A stretch of 63,886 nt of DNA, the filler included, from Acetivibrio sp. (GTDB lineage Bacteria; Bacillota; Clostridia; Acetivibrionales; Acetivibrionaceae), in NCBI RefSeq assembly GCF_035371925.1. It is 3 parts of 3 records of this genome, joined end to end, with 100 filler letters (N's around TTAATTAATTAA, not from the genome) between each part and the next. Parts side by side here need not be neighbours in the genome. Positions count along the whole stretch, not along the records: positions 44,321 to 63,886 come from NZ_DAORXT010000056.1; 2 more parts are not named here. The stretch is one strand, 5' to 3'. Numbering within the stretch: the first letter of the stretch is position 1; each line of letters begins with the position of its first letter. Made by a program: the position numbers and the translations under genes. Of the stretch, positions 51,900-62,335 are shown piece after piece. The notes beneath the pieces are model-generated. The model was given only the letters and a program-made list of their open reading frames with translations. It made no database searches and was not told the origin of the DNA.

Positions 51900-52060
51900 C
51901 CATAAAGCCCGCTAAACTCCTGCTTTTTATTTTACCCAAATATAGAATAAAAAGCAATACAAAAAGAAAAAAATCCCTCTAAACGGCTACAAATCATCAT
52001 TTAAAGGGATTTAATACGGTTTGTCGATCTCCCAGCTTTTTTACACTACTCCACATCTAC
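51900..52060 (-). promoter_or_regulatory. CRISPR leader
   Basis: AT-rich non-coding region between cas2 and the first intact repeat, opposite the degenerate repeat. Confidence 0.75.
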
Positions 52061-52064
52061 AAAC

Positions 52065-52328
52065 TCATAGAATAAAATTGTTAGGATCAACATTCTTTCC
52101 AATAACCTCTCTCTCAGTATACTTCATAGTTCTAAATTTGTAAAATATAACTGAATCTTCAGCATTATCTACCTTCATCCTTACCTCTTCCTTAAGTTTA
52201 TGATAATTAGCTTCCGTCAACTCCCCTTCAAATACAGAATTTTGAACCCAATGAAGGTACTTTCTTCCAACCTTTAGAACCTTGCTATTTCTTCTTTCTC
52301 CTGCATCATACACCATAATAACAAACAT
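52065..52328 (-). CDS. cas2: CRISPR-associated Cas2
   Basis: VIMVYDA..VQNSVFEG..DSVIFY. Confidence 0.95.
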   Translation of the reverse strand: MFVIMVYDAGERRNSKVLKVGRKYLHWVQNSVFEGELTEANYHKLKEEVRMKVDNAEDSVIFYKFRTMKYTEREVIGKNVDPNNFIL

Positions 52329-52341
52329 TTAAACCCTCTCC

Positions 52342-53334
52342 TTACCACGAAGCAATATATGGCTTATATTCTTGCTCCTCCATAAGATGTTTTTCAAGCT
52401 TATACAATTCCAACCTGATAAGTCTCCTGTAAGAGACTTCCCTCCCTAAAGGTTTATACATCAAAGTTGCATTAAACTTTTCTAGCATTTGTGATACAAA
52501 CTGCTTTCTACCTTTATCATTCAAAACAATTCCTCCGGCTTTTTCTTCAAAATGCTTGCTACTCAACATTTTCTTACTAATCAATGTAAAAATCACTCTG
52601 TCTACAATAATAGGCTTAAAGACCTCTGCAACATCAAGATTTAAAGTAAATCTCCTGTGGTTTGTAGAATGAAGATATCCTATTCGTGGGTCCAGATGAG
52701 TTTTATATATCTCGCTTAAAACAGTAGTATAGAGTAAGCTGTTTCCAAAGCTGATTAAAGAATTCATACGATTTTTGGGAGGCTGTTTTGACCTTTTATC
52801 AAACTCAAAATACTCATCGTTTACAATGACATCAAAGGAACTATAGTAAATCTCTCTTATATTACCCTCTATAGCCATCAAATTGATAATTCCATTCATC
52901 TCATCTACTTTCTCCGCCAAATCCCCAATAGCCGTTATCTGTTTATTCAAATCCTTTTCCCGGTTGTTGTAGTATTTCAAAACTGCAAGCATATTTTTCA
53001 CACTGCCATGTATAAATTTTTTAGCAATTGCCATCCTCTTATTCTCATCAAGATAATGCTCTGCCTGCTTTAATATCATAAAACCGGAATTATAATGCTC
53101 CCTAGGATAATAGGTTCCTGTATAATACTCATTGTAGTTATAGAAGTGAAGAAGTATTTCCTTTTGGGTTGCCAGCTCCAAAAACTTTTTAGTAACGGTT
53201 ACTTCACCGAAAATATAAATATCACTAATATCTTCAATCGGAAGATAATTTTTCGAATCTTCACTCTCAAAAAGTACTGTACTGTCCTTCCTTTTCAACT
53301 CTCCATCGCTAAAAATAAAAGCACTTTTCTTCAT
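52342..53334 (-). CDS. cas1: CRISPR-associated Cas1 (type I-B)
   Basis: LMAIEG, NSLISFGNSLLY, GYLH, LDVAEVFKP. Confidence 0.96.
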   Translation of the reverse strand: MKKSAFIFSDGELKRKDSTVLFESEDSKNYLPIEDISDIYIFGEVTVTKKFLELATQKEILLHFYNYNEYYTGTYYPREHYNSGFMILKQAEHYLDENKRMAIAKKFIHGSVKNMLAVLKYYNNREKDLNKQITAIGDLAEKVDEMNGIINLMAIEGNIREIYYSSFDVIVNDEYFEFDKRSKQPPKNRMNSLISFGNSLLYTTVLSEIYKTHLDPRIGYLHSTNHRRFTLNLDVAEVFKPIIVDRVIFTLISKKMLSSKHFEEKAGGIVLNDKGRKQFVSQMLEKFNATLMYKPLGREVSYRRLIRLELYKLEKHLMEEQEYKPYIASW

Positions 53335-53346
53335 CTTTCTCCCCCC

Positions 53347-53853
53347 CTACGCCCAGCAAAGCTCCGAGTACGCACAGTTTTTACAATACTTGCACTTCTC
53401 TGGAAGCGGCGGCTTTTCAAGATTCACTATCTTAAAAATATCTACAATAACTGCATCCAACTCTTTTTCAGAAGCTTCATCCAATACTACTTCCTCCCTT
53501 TTTCTCTCCTCGGGAAAAAGCAGTATTCCCTTGGCGTCAACTCCGGATTTTTTAATTTCATAAATATAGAATAAAAGCTGCATTCGGGCACTTTCTTTAA
53601 ACTTGGAAGACTTTTTTATCTCCTGGACTATAATCTTACCATCGATACTATCTGCAACATCAACTTTGAAATTATCAAAATCGATTTCCTTTTTCTCTCT
53701 CGAATATGCATTTTCATGAATAAACCTTCCGATTTCAATATTTTCATCTTCCTGGTCCGCACTTATTCCATGGGCAATGAGCCATACCTCACGTTTGCAA
53801 ATGAAATAATACCATATCAGTGTTCCATTTATTCTTACATCTGCTTCCTGCAT
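53347..53853 (-). CDS. cas4: CRISPR-associated Cas4
   Basis: YYFICKRE, G..IHE, EIKKS, QL..Y, CKYCKNCAYSELC. Confidence 0.95.
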   Translation of the reverse strand: MQEADVRINGTLIWYYFICKREVWLIAHGISADQEDENIEIGRFIHENAYSREKKEIDFDNFKVDVADSIDGKIIVQEIKKSSKFKESARMQLLFYIYEIKKSGVDAKGILLFPEERKREEVVLDEASEKELDAVIVDIFKIVNLEKPPLPEKCKYCKNCAYSELCWA

Positions 53854-53871
53854 ACACATCCTCCCTTCGAC

Positions 53872-56124
53872 TCAAAATAAATAATGGGTATTGGAATCAT
53901 CCTCCTCATAATCAATTCCATACTCACTGTTGTATCTAATTTTAAAAATAGGTAAATTGTATTTATTGCTTATTTCCAGCCTTCTTATATACTTTTTAAA
54001 CTTGCTTATTGAAACAGGTATCTCATAAAGAGATATCATTTTATAATCCTTGTTTTCAAACAGTTCTTCAACAATTTTCATATACTCATCTGCAGGAATA
54101 ACGGGAACTTTAACAACATCAAACTTTCTAGTGGCGAGATTTTCGTCTTCCTGGAAAATATTTACATCAAAAAAGTTGTATCTTTGCTCAATATCACGTA
54201 TAATCTCTGTCCCCAGCTTATAATCTTCATCATACAGATTAAATCCCTCGTAAGCTTCCTCAACCATAGCTGCAATTTGATTTTCCGTTAACCTACCGCA
54301 GTTATTTTTTAATACCTCAACAGTTCTGTCAAGAATGTCCTTCTGTTTTCGATAGACGTATTTTACAGCAGTATCCGAAGGATTAAAAACATAAAAGCTT
54401 CCAAAGCTTATAAGGCCGTGACGATTACATCTTCCTGCCCTCTGCACCAAACTGTCTATAGGTGCACATTCCGAAAACATAACATCAAAGCTCACATCCA
54501 AAGACACTTCTATTACTTGGGTTGATATCACAAGTTGATAAGGATTCCCTTCCTTAGATGTCAATCGGCTCTCTTTTTCTTGCCGGTCAATCATTGTAAA
54601 TTCAGAATGAAGGCATAACGCTTTAATTTCCTTTTTAGAGTAGTATTTATATTCCCTTTTGGCAGTTTCTACATCATTGACAATAAGAGCCACCTTTTTT
54701 CCCGAGGATACTTCCTCAAGCACCTTCTCCCTTATGCCCTCAAGGTCGGTATCCAGGTATGTCCATTCATTGCTGGCTCTTTCCATAAGCTCCTTTGCAA
54801 TCACCAAGGATTTTGACTCAAGAAGGTTTAGAAAGTGATCCCTTAAAAACTTCGGCATGGTTGCACTCATCAGCATAACTCTGCCGCCGTATTTTTTTAT
54901 CTTTTTTATAACGGAAGTTATAAGCCCTATGGTATAACTGTCATAAGCATGTATTTCATCAAAAATGACCGAACTTCCAACCAGTGCATATTCCTTCTGG
55001 TTCCACAGTCCCGTATGAAACTCCGTAGACAAAAGCTGGTCAACTGTCGAAACCATTACTGCCGGAATAAACGCTTTTTGATGTAAAATCTGAAATTTGT
55101 CATAATCGTTTTCCATTTCATCCTCTTTTGATTTTCTATAAAAATACGTCTCTGCTCCTGAATGGGAAAGTCCACAGCTTGTTTTTGGAAAATAGCAGGT
55201 TGAAAGTCTCTCGTAGAGACTATTGGAAGTAACCATTGTCGGCATGAGAAAAATAATCTTTGACGTTCGGGAATTCTGAGCCCACATTAACGCCGCCTCA
55301 GTTTTTCCCGAGCCTGTAGGTGCAATTGCTACAATATCACCGTATGTATTGGCACATATTGAGTGAAACTCCCTTTTCACATATTTTTTGTTTTCCCTCT
55401 CCAATTTTTCCTTAAGCTTCTTTTCAATATCATGGGCAGATACATTAATAAAGCATACATCATTATAGTCAATCTTAGATGAAGCTATCCAGTCGCAGTT
55501 CTGTAAAAGTCCTTTCGATACAGAATAAATCAATCTCAGCTTTTCCCTGTCTTTATCATATAAAGCTAAAGCCAACTTTAACAAAGCATTCAGGTAATTG
55601 TTAATATTCCTTCCTTCAACACTACCTTTTCCATCAACTTTTATTCCCAATTCTCGGGCAACTTCCAACGCATGTTTTACAGCCTCTTCTGAAATCTCAG
55701 GCCACTTATCCTGCCAAACCCTTTCCCGCTCAAAGCTTTTCAAATCAGCGGAAAGTGTCTTGTGATGCCCAAGTACAGACAGTATGTGATATGGAAAGTA
55801 GGCTTCTTTACTCCTTTCATTTACCATAAGAAAAAGGCACGAAAGAACTTCGTGCCTAAAGTGTTTTACCCCTGAAAGCTTCTTTTTTTCTATTATTCTC
55901 TTCATGAATTCTTGAAAATACGAATTAAGCTTTCCGAAATCGTGGAAAACTACAGCAGTTTTCATTTTTTGAATGAAATCCTCAATGTCAATACCATAAT
56001 TTGAAAGAATACGTTCAAGGACCGGATACTTTGACCGAATTTCAAAGTCCAGTATCTCAGTGCACTTTTTAACATGATACTCGTATGTTCCTTCATAATC
56101 GTCGACAGGCTTTGCAAAATACAT
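53872..56124 (-). CDS. cas3: Cas3 helicase/nuclease
   Basis: FHDFGK HD domain, APTGSGKT, DEIH, SAT, QRAGRCNR. Confidence 0.96.
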   Translation of the reverse strand: MYFAKPVDDYEGTYEYHVKKCTEILDFEIRSKYPVLERILSNYGIDIEDFIQKMKTAVVFHDFGKLNSYFQEFMKRIIEKKKLSGVKHFRHEVLSCLFLMVNERSKEAYFPYHILSVLGHHKTLSADLKSFERERVWQDKWPEISEEAVKHALEVARELGIKVDGKGSVEGRNINNYLNALLKLALALYDKDREKLRLIYSVSKGLLQNCDWIASSKIDYNDVCFINVSAHDIEKKLKEKLERENKKYVKREFHSICANTYGDIVAIAPTGSGKTEAALMWAQNSRTSKIIFLMPTMVTSNSLYERLSTCYFPKTSCGLSHSGAETYFYRKSKEDEMENDYDKFQILHQKAFIPAVMVSTVDQLLSTEFHTGLWNQKEYALVGSSVIFDEIHAYDSYTIGLITSVIKKIKKYGGRVMLMSATMPKFLRDHFLNLLESKSLVIAKELMERASNEWTYLDTDLEGIREKVLEEVSSGKKVALIVNDVETAKREYKYYSKKEIKALCLHSEFTMIDRQEKESRLTSKEGNPYQLVISTQVIEVSLDVSFDVMFSECAPIDSLVQRAGRCNRHGLISFGSFYVFNPSDTAVKYVYRKQKDILDRTVEVLKNNCGRLTENQIAAMVEEAYEGFNLYDEDYKLGTEIIRDIEQRYNFFDVNIFQEDENLATRKFDVVKVPVIPADEYMKIVEELFENKDYKMISLYEIPVSISKFKKYIRRLEISNKYNLPIFKIRYNSEYGIDYEEDDSNTHYLF

Positions 56125-56138
56125 CTAGAGCACCCCTC

Positions 56139-56864
56139 TTATCCTTCGTGCTTCATAACGGCTGCAAATTTATTGCCAAATACAAGGACTTCAGCTTCTG
56201 TCTCCAATACATGGTTGTCTCCCATAAAGGTTATGTCCAAATATTTTACAGCCTTTCGTACACCATTAGCATCAAACTCAAAATCACAAGGCAGTTTTTT
56301 GACTATAGGAGGCTTTAGTGTAAGACTTATCTTTGACTTCTTCACCTTTTCCCAATCAACTTTGAGCTTTCTCGAATAATCCCCCGGCAGCCATGTATTT
56401 GTCAGAATTTTTCTTTTTTCACAGCTGATTTCCTCAAACATTTCCACAGAACATATCTTGGCAATTTCATCGCTATTACCCAAAGTTATTGCATAAACCG
56501 GATTTTCGAAGGCATCTGCAAGCTCTCTTATAATTTCACGCTTTTCGCATACAAAAAATATCTCAACTTTTAAATCCGATAAGAAATTCCTTATAATAAT
56601 AGCATTGGTAATCTCCCCGGATTTGAGCTTTGTATAATTCCATAAATCCTTTCCTTTTCCTTCGCTGTTTCCATTGCATCCAACCATAACAGCGTTCTCT
56701 TTCATAAATGCCAGTGCATCCTCAAAAGAAAGCCCTAAAGCCGCACCTGCAATTCCCGTTATAGTGCTGGGCGGCGGAAGGGGCATTGTGTCATGATAAA
56801 GCTGAGCCCCGGGATCTCTAAAAGAAGCAGTTTTTGCATAAAGTGTAACCACTAAACCATACAT
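56139..56864 (-). CDS. cas5: Cas5 (type I-B)
   Basis: ASFR, LPPPSTITGIAGAALG, TLGNSD. Confidence 0.9.
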   Translation of the reverse strand: MYGLVVTLYAKTASFRDPGAQLYHDTMPLPPPSTITGIAGAALGLSFEDALAFMKENAVMVGCNGNSEGKGKDLWNYTKLKSGEITNAIIIRNFLSDLKVEIFFVCEKREIIRELADAFENPVYAITLGNSDEIAKICSVEMFEEISCEKRKILTNTWLPGDYSRKLKVDWEKVKKSKISLTLKPPIVKKLPCDFEFDANGVRKAVKYLDITFMGDNHVLETEAEVLVFGNKFAAVMKHEG

Positions 56865-56882
56865 GGCAATACCTCGATTCTT

Positions 56883-57767
56883 TTAGTCTTTATAGTACTC
56901 CTCAACCCAAGAATGGATTTTTTCAAAGCATTGCCCCAAAGGAAGCGCCATTTCACTGTCTTGACGGAAAAACCCTTTTCTTTCTCCGATGGAATAATCA
57001 ATTATCTGTTTTTGAGAATCATCTATGGTGTTTTTTACAAGGCTTATATCAACAATACCATTGGAACTAATTTTGATACACTCTAAAAATAAGGGGTTTT
57101 TAACCTTCAAAAGAGCAGCTGCCACAAACTTGGGGGATACATCGCTTAAAAAACGGCTTTGGCGTCCTACTGTCCATAGATTCTGTATCGCATCAACAAG
57201 TGCCTTTACTCGTTTTTTCTTTTCATCCTGTGATAAATTCAATTCATACTCATCCCCGGGACTCTTTTCTCCAACTCTATCCAGCTCAATTAACACGGTG
57301 CCCACATAATATCCGGAATGAATCTCGGTTTCAAATATATTCGGCGTCCCTCCGGCCTTTACCGACATATAATTTGTGCCAAAATCCATTCCTCCTCCAT
57401 ACGCCTCTAATGCCACAAGGGGAGATACTCTTACAGGACTCGTCCTTTTTACGGTTTTGCTCGAATCTGCATTCATAAAACCAAAAAGGTCGTCATCGAT
57501 ATATTTTGAAGGCTCACACAGTGTAGATGCTGCTCCTTTCTTTTGTTTAGCAACTGTAGTTTCCGAAAGCTCCCATCCCATTGATGCCAATTGCTCCCTC
57601 AAGGCCCTCCTTACAGCCTGGGATGAACAATAGGGATATTCCTTTCCGTCATTCATCTGTATTTTCTTTATGCTTACAATATTGTCCGCTTCCTTGTCGG
57701 CTCCATTTAGTGAGGAATATGTAGCTTTTGTAATGTATGTAATAGTAATAGCTTTGGCATCTTTCAT
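56883..57767 (-). CDS. cas7: Cas7 (Cas7i/Cst2/DevR type)
   Basis: SSQAVRRALR, DDDLFGFM, RTSPVRVSPLV, IELDRVG. Confidence 0.92.
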   Translation of the reverse strand: MKDAKAITITYITKATYSSLNGADKEADNIVSIKKIQMNDGKEYPYCSSQAVRRALREQLASMGWELSETTVAKQKKGAASTLCEPSKYIDDDLFGFMNADSSKTVKRTSPVRVSPLVALEAYGGGMDFGTNYMSVKAGGTPNIFETEIHSGYYVGTVLIELDRVGEKSPGDEYELNLSQDEKKKRVKALVDAIQNLWTVGRQSRFLSDVSPKFVAAALLKVKNPLFLECIKISSNGIVDISLVKNTIDDSQKQIIDYSIGERKGFFRQDSEMALPLGQCFEKIHSWVEEYYKD

Positions 57768-57772
57768 GATTA

Positions 57773-59449
57773 TTAATCCTCCTTCTCTTTGCTGTTTTTC
57801 GCATTATAAATATTCAAAGCACCAAGCACACAGTAAGCCCTGAAATCTTCAAAATCCACCTCTTCCAAAATTCCCTCCAGGATGTTCTTCGATACCGCAA
57901 TCCCGTACCTGAACTGCAGGTTGTTAAGCTGGTTTATAAAGTCGGTTTTTGTCCTTGATTTCCTCAGTTGATACAAATCTCCTTTAATTTTCTTTAATGC
58001 CTGCTTCTCGCTTTCGTTTTCCGTCTTGGCCATCTCAACTGCCTGAATTACAATCTGTTTTCCCAAATTGACGGCCGTTTCAATTTGCTCCTTGTTCATC
58101 TCATCACCCCTTATTATTTGGTCATATTCTATTGTGAATTTTAAAATATTGCTCATGGAAATTCTTTGCTCCCTCATAACCATCCTGAAAGCAAACTGTT
58201 CAATATGTCTTAAGATACTGTTTTTTCTTAAAACATTTCTGAGTATCTTCTCCCTGAAAGCATACTTTTCTTCGTACAGACTGCTAAACAGCTTGCGCGT
58301 ATTAACTCCGGATTTCTTCATATGGTGTATCAGCCTGTAAAAATATCCAAGCTCATCATATAAAACAAGGTTTTTTGTCAAAAATGTCTGTCCACTGTCC
58401 ACTGCATAAAACACGTTTATTTGAACAGGCATTTTGCTGAGTTTCTCGATAAATTCAAAGAAAAAGTTGTCCGAATTTGCATCATCCGAAGTTTCTTCAC
58501 TTTCAGTGCTCTCTTTCAAAAGCAGGCTGTATTTTTCCTCCATAAAGGCCCACAGCAGCTCATAAGGTGCATTACATTTTCTTATGAGGCTGTCCTCTTC
58601 CTGACCAATATTGGCATAAAAATATTTGTCGTCCAACATCCGAAGGCTGGATAACGAACCAAACTCCTTCTGCATCTCAATAAGCTTGTCAATGTCCGGT
58701 GATGTCACTTGAATAACAAAGAGAGAATCATTGGTTCTTTTATATGCTAAAGACTCAATTGCAAATTTGGATACAAATTCACATTCCCAGCAGAGTTTTG
58801 CAGGATTCTTTCCTTGGGAATTAAATGATTTTGTTGCATTGGAACTGGCAAAAAGCAAGAACGATGGGAGACCTACTTCTGTCACATACTGTGAATGCTT
58901 TCCGCAAACACAGCACACCTCGCTTTTTCCTTTTTTCTTTTCTTCCGGCAAAATGGCGAGTTTCTGATGACAGACAGGCTGACTTAAAAGCAGTAATTTT
59001 TTTGAACCCCACAATTTGGTTTTGGTTCTCTCCAAAAACTCATCAACTCTTGATTTAAGAGGCTCTGTAATGTCACCGTAAGGAATCCCTTCTCCTTGCC
59101 AACTCCTTGCACCAATAAACAAGCTTACAACAGGAGTCGGATTCCTTTTGGGCATCAACTTTATTTCGTCATTCTCTTTATTATAAACTACAAGTTCAGG
59201 ATTCTCCTTCTGCTTTATAGTAGAAACATTCCAGTACCTTTCAGCCAAAATCTCATAACAGGTTTCAAAATAAGCCCGAAGAGTATCCGCATCTTTACTT
59301 CGAAATCTTAAGGCCTGATTTTGGCTGTCCACATTCACCTCAACATTAAATTTCAACAATCTCTCATCCTGACTTTTAAAAATTGAATAAAGCCCTGCAA
59401 TACCAGCATCGAACCACCAATGCCTCCTCAACGCTATACTATATTCCAC
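57773..59449 (-). CDS. cas8: Cas8 large subunit (Cst1-like, CxxC-CxxC)
   Basis: WWFDAGIAG, CCVCG and CWEC motifs; lies between cas6 and cas7. Confidence 0.8.
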   Translation of the reverse strand: MEYSIALRRHWWFDAGIAGLYSIFKSQDERLLKFNVEVNVDSQNQALRFRSKDADTLRAYFETCYEILAERYWNVSTIKQKENPELVVYNKENDEIKLMPKRNPTPVVSLFIGARSWQGEGIPYGDITEPLKSRVDEFLERTKTKLWGSKKLLLLSQPVCHQKLAILPEEKKKGKSEVCCVCGKHSQYVTEVGLPSFLLFASSNATKSFNSQGKNPAKLCWECEFVSKFAIESLAYKRTNDSLFVIQVTSPDIDKLIEMQKEFGSLSSLRMLDDKYFYANIGQEEDSLIRKCNAPYELLWAFMEEKYSLLLKESTESEETSDDANSDNFFFEFIEKLSKMPVQINVFYAVDSGQTFLTKNLVLYDELGYFYRLIHHMKKSGVNTRKLFSSLYEEKYAFREKILRNVLRKNSILRHIEQFAFRMVMREQRISMSNILKFTIEYDQIIRGDEMNKEQIETAVNLGKQIVIQAVEMAKTENESEKQALKKIKGDLYQLRKSRTKTDFINQLNNLQFRYGIAVSKNILEGILEEVDFEDFRAYCVLGALNIYNAKNSKEKED

Positions 59450-59460
59450 AGCACCACCCC

Positions 59461-60183
59461 CTATATTAACTTAAAGCATCCAAAACCTTGGGAATTCTTC
59501 CCTCCAATCCCCGCATCATAAGCGAGCTTTATAATCTCCTGGTTACCTTTTAAAACAAAATCCCCCATCCATCCCTCTATAATAAACCCATCATAACTGC
59601 TTATAACTTTTGTGCATTTATCCGAAATAACCTCTATATCAAAATCAATATTGCTCTTGCAATCTTCTTTGTAGAATGCCCTGTATTTTTTAATCAAATT
59701 ATCCCTTATAATTCTTTTGAAATCGTGATTATACGGAGAAAAGTAGACTGTTCTTTTATCATCCAAAGTTGAATAAGCTGTGACTGGTGAAAGCATCCTT
59801 ATTTTCTGAATACTCTTCGGCTCTTCCATAATAATATCCATTTTATTTACATAAGCTTTATGGCCTGCGATTTCTACATCTCTTTGCAGAAGAGATAAAG
59901 ACAAGTCAATAAAAAAATCATCGTAGCAAGAAGAAACAATTAATTCTACAGGAGATTGATATATAATTTTTTTCCTTTTGGAGTCAATTGAAAATTTGCC
60001 TTGAAGTCTTGAAAATGTAAACATTTTATATTTACGTTTTTCATAAGAAAATCCCTTATCATGTATAAACTGCGCCAAATCTTTATCCATGATATTTCTA
60101 TATATAAATCCCTGAAGAATTTTATTATAGTTGAACGGCAACTCAAGACTTTTGTCGAATTCAATACTAACTATAAACCTCAT
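59461..60183 (-). CDS. cas6: Cas6 endoribonuclease
   Basis: LQGFIY, FTFSRL, C-terminal GIGGKNSQGFG loop. Confidence 0.95.
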   Translation of the reverse strand: MRFIVSIEFDKSLELPFNYNKILQGFIYRNIMDKDLAQFIHDKGFSYEKRKYKMFTFSRLQGKFSIDSKRKKIIYQSPVELIVSSCYDDFFIDLSLSLLQRDVEIAGHKAYVNKMDIIMEEPKSIQKIRMLSPVTAYSTLDDKRTVYFSPYNHDFKRIIRDNLIKKYRAFYKEDCKSNIDFDIEVISDKCTKVISSYDGFIIEGWMGDFVLKGNQEIIKLAYDAGIGGKNSQGFGCFKLI

Positions 60184-60431
60184 TTTTTACTCCCCTAGAT
60201 ACTGCAAAATGGAAAACTATTAACACAAATATAATTCTTATTCTAAATAATAACACAAAAAATAATATGCTGCAATAATGATGAAAATAAGAAAAATAAG
60301 AAAAATAAGAATAAATAGACATAATCCTCCTATACCAAATAATATAATGCAATTTAAAATACATTCTGGTATAATATTTTCATTAAAAAATTATACAAGA
60401 TGCGTTAAAGGACTTCAAAAAACATTTAAAG

Positions 60432-61361
60432 GTGAGTCAGATGTTAAAGCAAAAGATATTAAACGGAAAGTCGGGTATTATTACTTACGGAATAACCCCT
60501 CCTAAGAAAAACAATACAGAAGAAAAGATAAAAGAAATATCCCAAAAACATATTGAAAGAATAAATGGTTTGGATATTGACGGTTTGGTCATATACGATA
60601 TTCAAGATGAAAAAGACCGTATTTCCGAAAACAGGCCGTTTCCCTTTATAGAAACCGTTGATCCGCAAATTTACAGCGAAAACTATTTAAAAGATTTAAA
60701 AATCCCCAAAATCATTTACAGGAGTGTTGGCAAGTACACCCCGGATGAGTTTCGTAATTTAATACGTCCGGTTTCCGGTGAAGATGCCTTTTCTGTCTTT
60801 GTGGGCGCAGCTTCAAGAAATCAGTCCGTGCTGCTAAAATTGTCCGATGCCTATAAAATAAGGCAAGACACAAATCCGGATCTTATGTTGGGCGGTGTTG
60901 CCATACCTGAAAGGCATATGAAAAATTTCGATGAGCATCTTAGAATAATTGACAAAATCAATAAGGGCTGCAAATATTTTATTACTCAAGCCGTATATAA
61001 TGTTGAGGCTGCAAAGGATTTTCTGTCCGATTATTACTACTACTCAAAAAATAGTAACCTGACAATGGTTCCGGTTATATTTACCCTTACTCCTTGCGGC
61101 TCGACGAAAACATTGGAATTTATGAAGTGGCTGGGAATCAGCATACCCAGGTGGCTTGAAAATGACCTGATGAATTCCGAAGATATACTAAACAAATCAG
61201 TTTCCCTCTCAAAGTCCATATTTAACGAACTGATGGAATTTTGCCTTGAAAAAGGAATTCCCGTAGGCTGCAATATTGAGAGTGTGTCCGTTCGGAAAGT
61301 CGAAATAGAAGCTTCAATTGCTTTGGCAAAGGATATAAAATATATGATGAAGGGAATATAG
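60432..61361 (+). CDS. Methylenetetrahydrofolate reductase-like protein
   Basis: YGITPP, YDIQDE, GGVAIPERH, YFITQAVY, WLGI motifs. Confidence 0.75.
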   Translation: MSQMLKQKILNGKSGIITYGITPPKKNNTEEKIKEISQKHIERINGLDIDGLVIYDIQDEKDRISENRPFPFIETVDPQIYSENYLKDLKIPKIIYRSVGKYTPDEFRNLIRPVSGEDAFSVFVGAASRNQSVLLKLSDAYKIRQDTNPDLMLGGVAIPERHMKNFDEHLRIIDKINKGCKYFITQAVYNVEAAKDFLSDYYYYSKNSNLTMVPVIFTLTPCGSTKTLEFMKWLGISIPRWLENDLMNSEDILNKSVSLSKSIFNELMEFCLEKGIPVGCNIESVSVRKVEIEASIALAKDIKYMMKGI

Positions 61362-61391
61362 AATCTTCCATATTCCCTTTACAACTCTTTT

Positions 61392-62207
61392 TTATCTTAC
61401 TGCAAGAAAGTAGAGAATAACAATCAATCCCAATATAATTCTGTAATAGCCAAACGCTTTAAAATCATTTCTCTTAATATATCCTATAAGAAATTTGATA
61501 GCGAAAATCGAAACCGCAAAGGCAACAATCATACCCGTAATAAGTATAATTAATTCAATTTGCGAAAAAGCAAATCCAAACTTCACGAGCTTTAAAAGGC
61601 TTGCCCCAAACATAACGGGTATTGCCAGGTAAAACGAAAACTCTGCGGCTATTTCTCTTGAGCAGCCGATCATTATTGCGCCCAGAATTGTTGCACCGGA
61701 ACGGGATGTTCCCGGAATAAGAGCAAGAACCTGGAATGCTCCGATTAACAGTACAGCTTTGTAGCCAAGCTCATCAAAAGTTTTGATTGCAGCAATCTTT
61801 GACTTATTGCGGTTTTCCATGATGATAAACAAAACACCGTAACCAATCAATGTAATAGCAACTGTTATGTAGTTGTAAAACATTGCATCAATTTTATCAT
61901 CAAATGGTACGCCTATCAACGCCGCCGGCAAGGTAGCCGCCAGCACCTTAATCCACAAGGAAAAAGTATCTTTTTTTATATGCACACCGTTTTCGAAAGA
62001 AAAAGGAAAAAGCTTGTTCCAATATAGAACAACCACTGCCATAATGGCTCCAAGCTGTATGACAACCCTGAACATTTCCATAAATTCATCGGACATATTT
62101 ATCTTTATAAACTCTTCTGCCAGAATCATATGCCCGGTACTGCTTATGGGCAGCCACTCTGTAATTCCCTCGATAATGCCTAAAATTATCGCCTTAATTA
62201 ATTCCAC
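61392..62207 (-). CDS. uppP: Undecaprenyl-diphosphatase
   Basis: [35 protein letters not shown]. Confidence 0.95.
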   Translation of the reverse strand: MELIKAIILGIIEGITEWLPISSTGHMILAEEFIKINMSDEFMEMFRVVIQLGAIMAVVVLYWNKLFPFSFENGVHIKKDTFSLWIKVLAATLPAALIGVPFDDKIDAMFYNYITVAITLIGYGVLFIIMENRNKSKIAAIKTFDELGYKAVLLIGAFQVLALIPGTSRSGATILGAIMIGCSREIAAEFSFYLAIPVMFGASLLKLVKFGFAFSQIELIILITGMIVAFAVSIFAIKFLIGYIKRNDFKAFGYYRIILGLIVILYFLAVR

Positions 62208-62335
62208 GCCGTTGCATCCCCCTGCAAATGTATTTTTGTATCAGTTCAATATACCGTATGTCTGTTTTATAAGTATACCATATAAGCCAAGTTTATGACT
62301 ATAACATTTTTGTAATATTGAATTTCATCCAAAAC

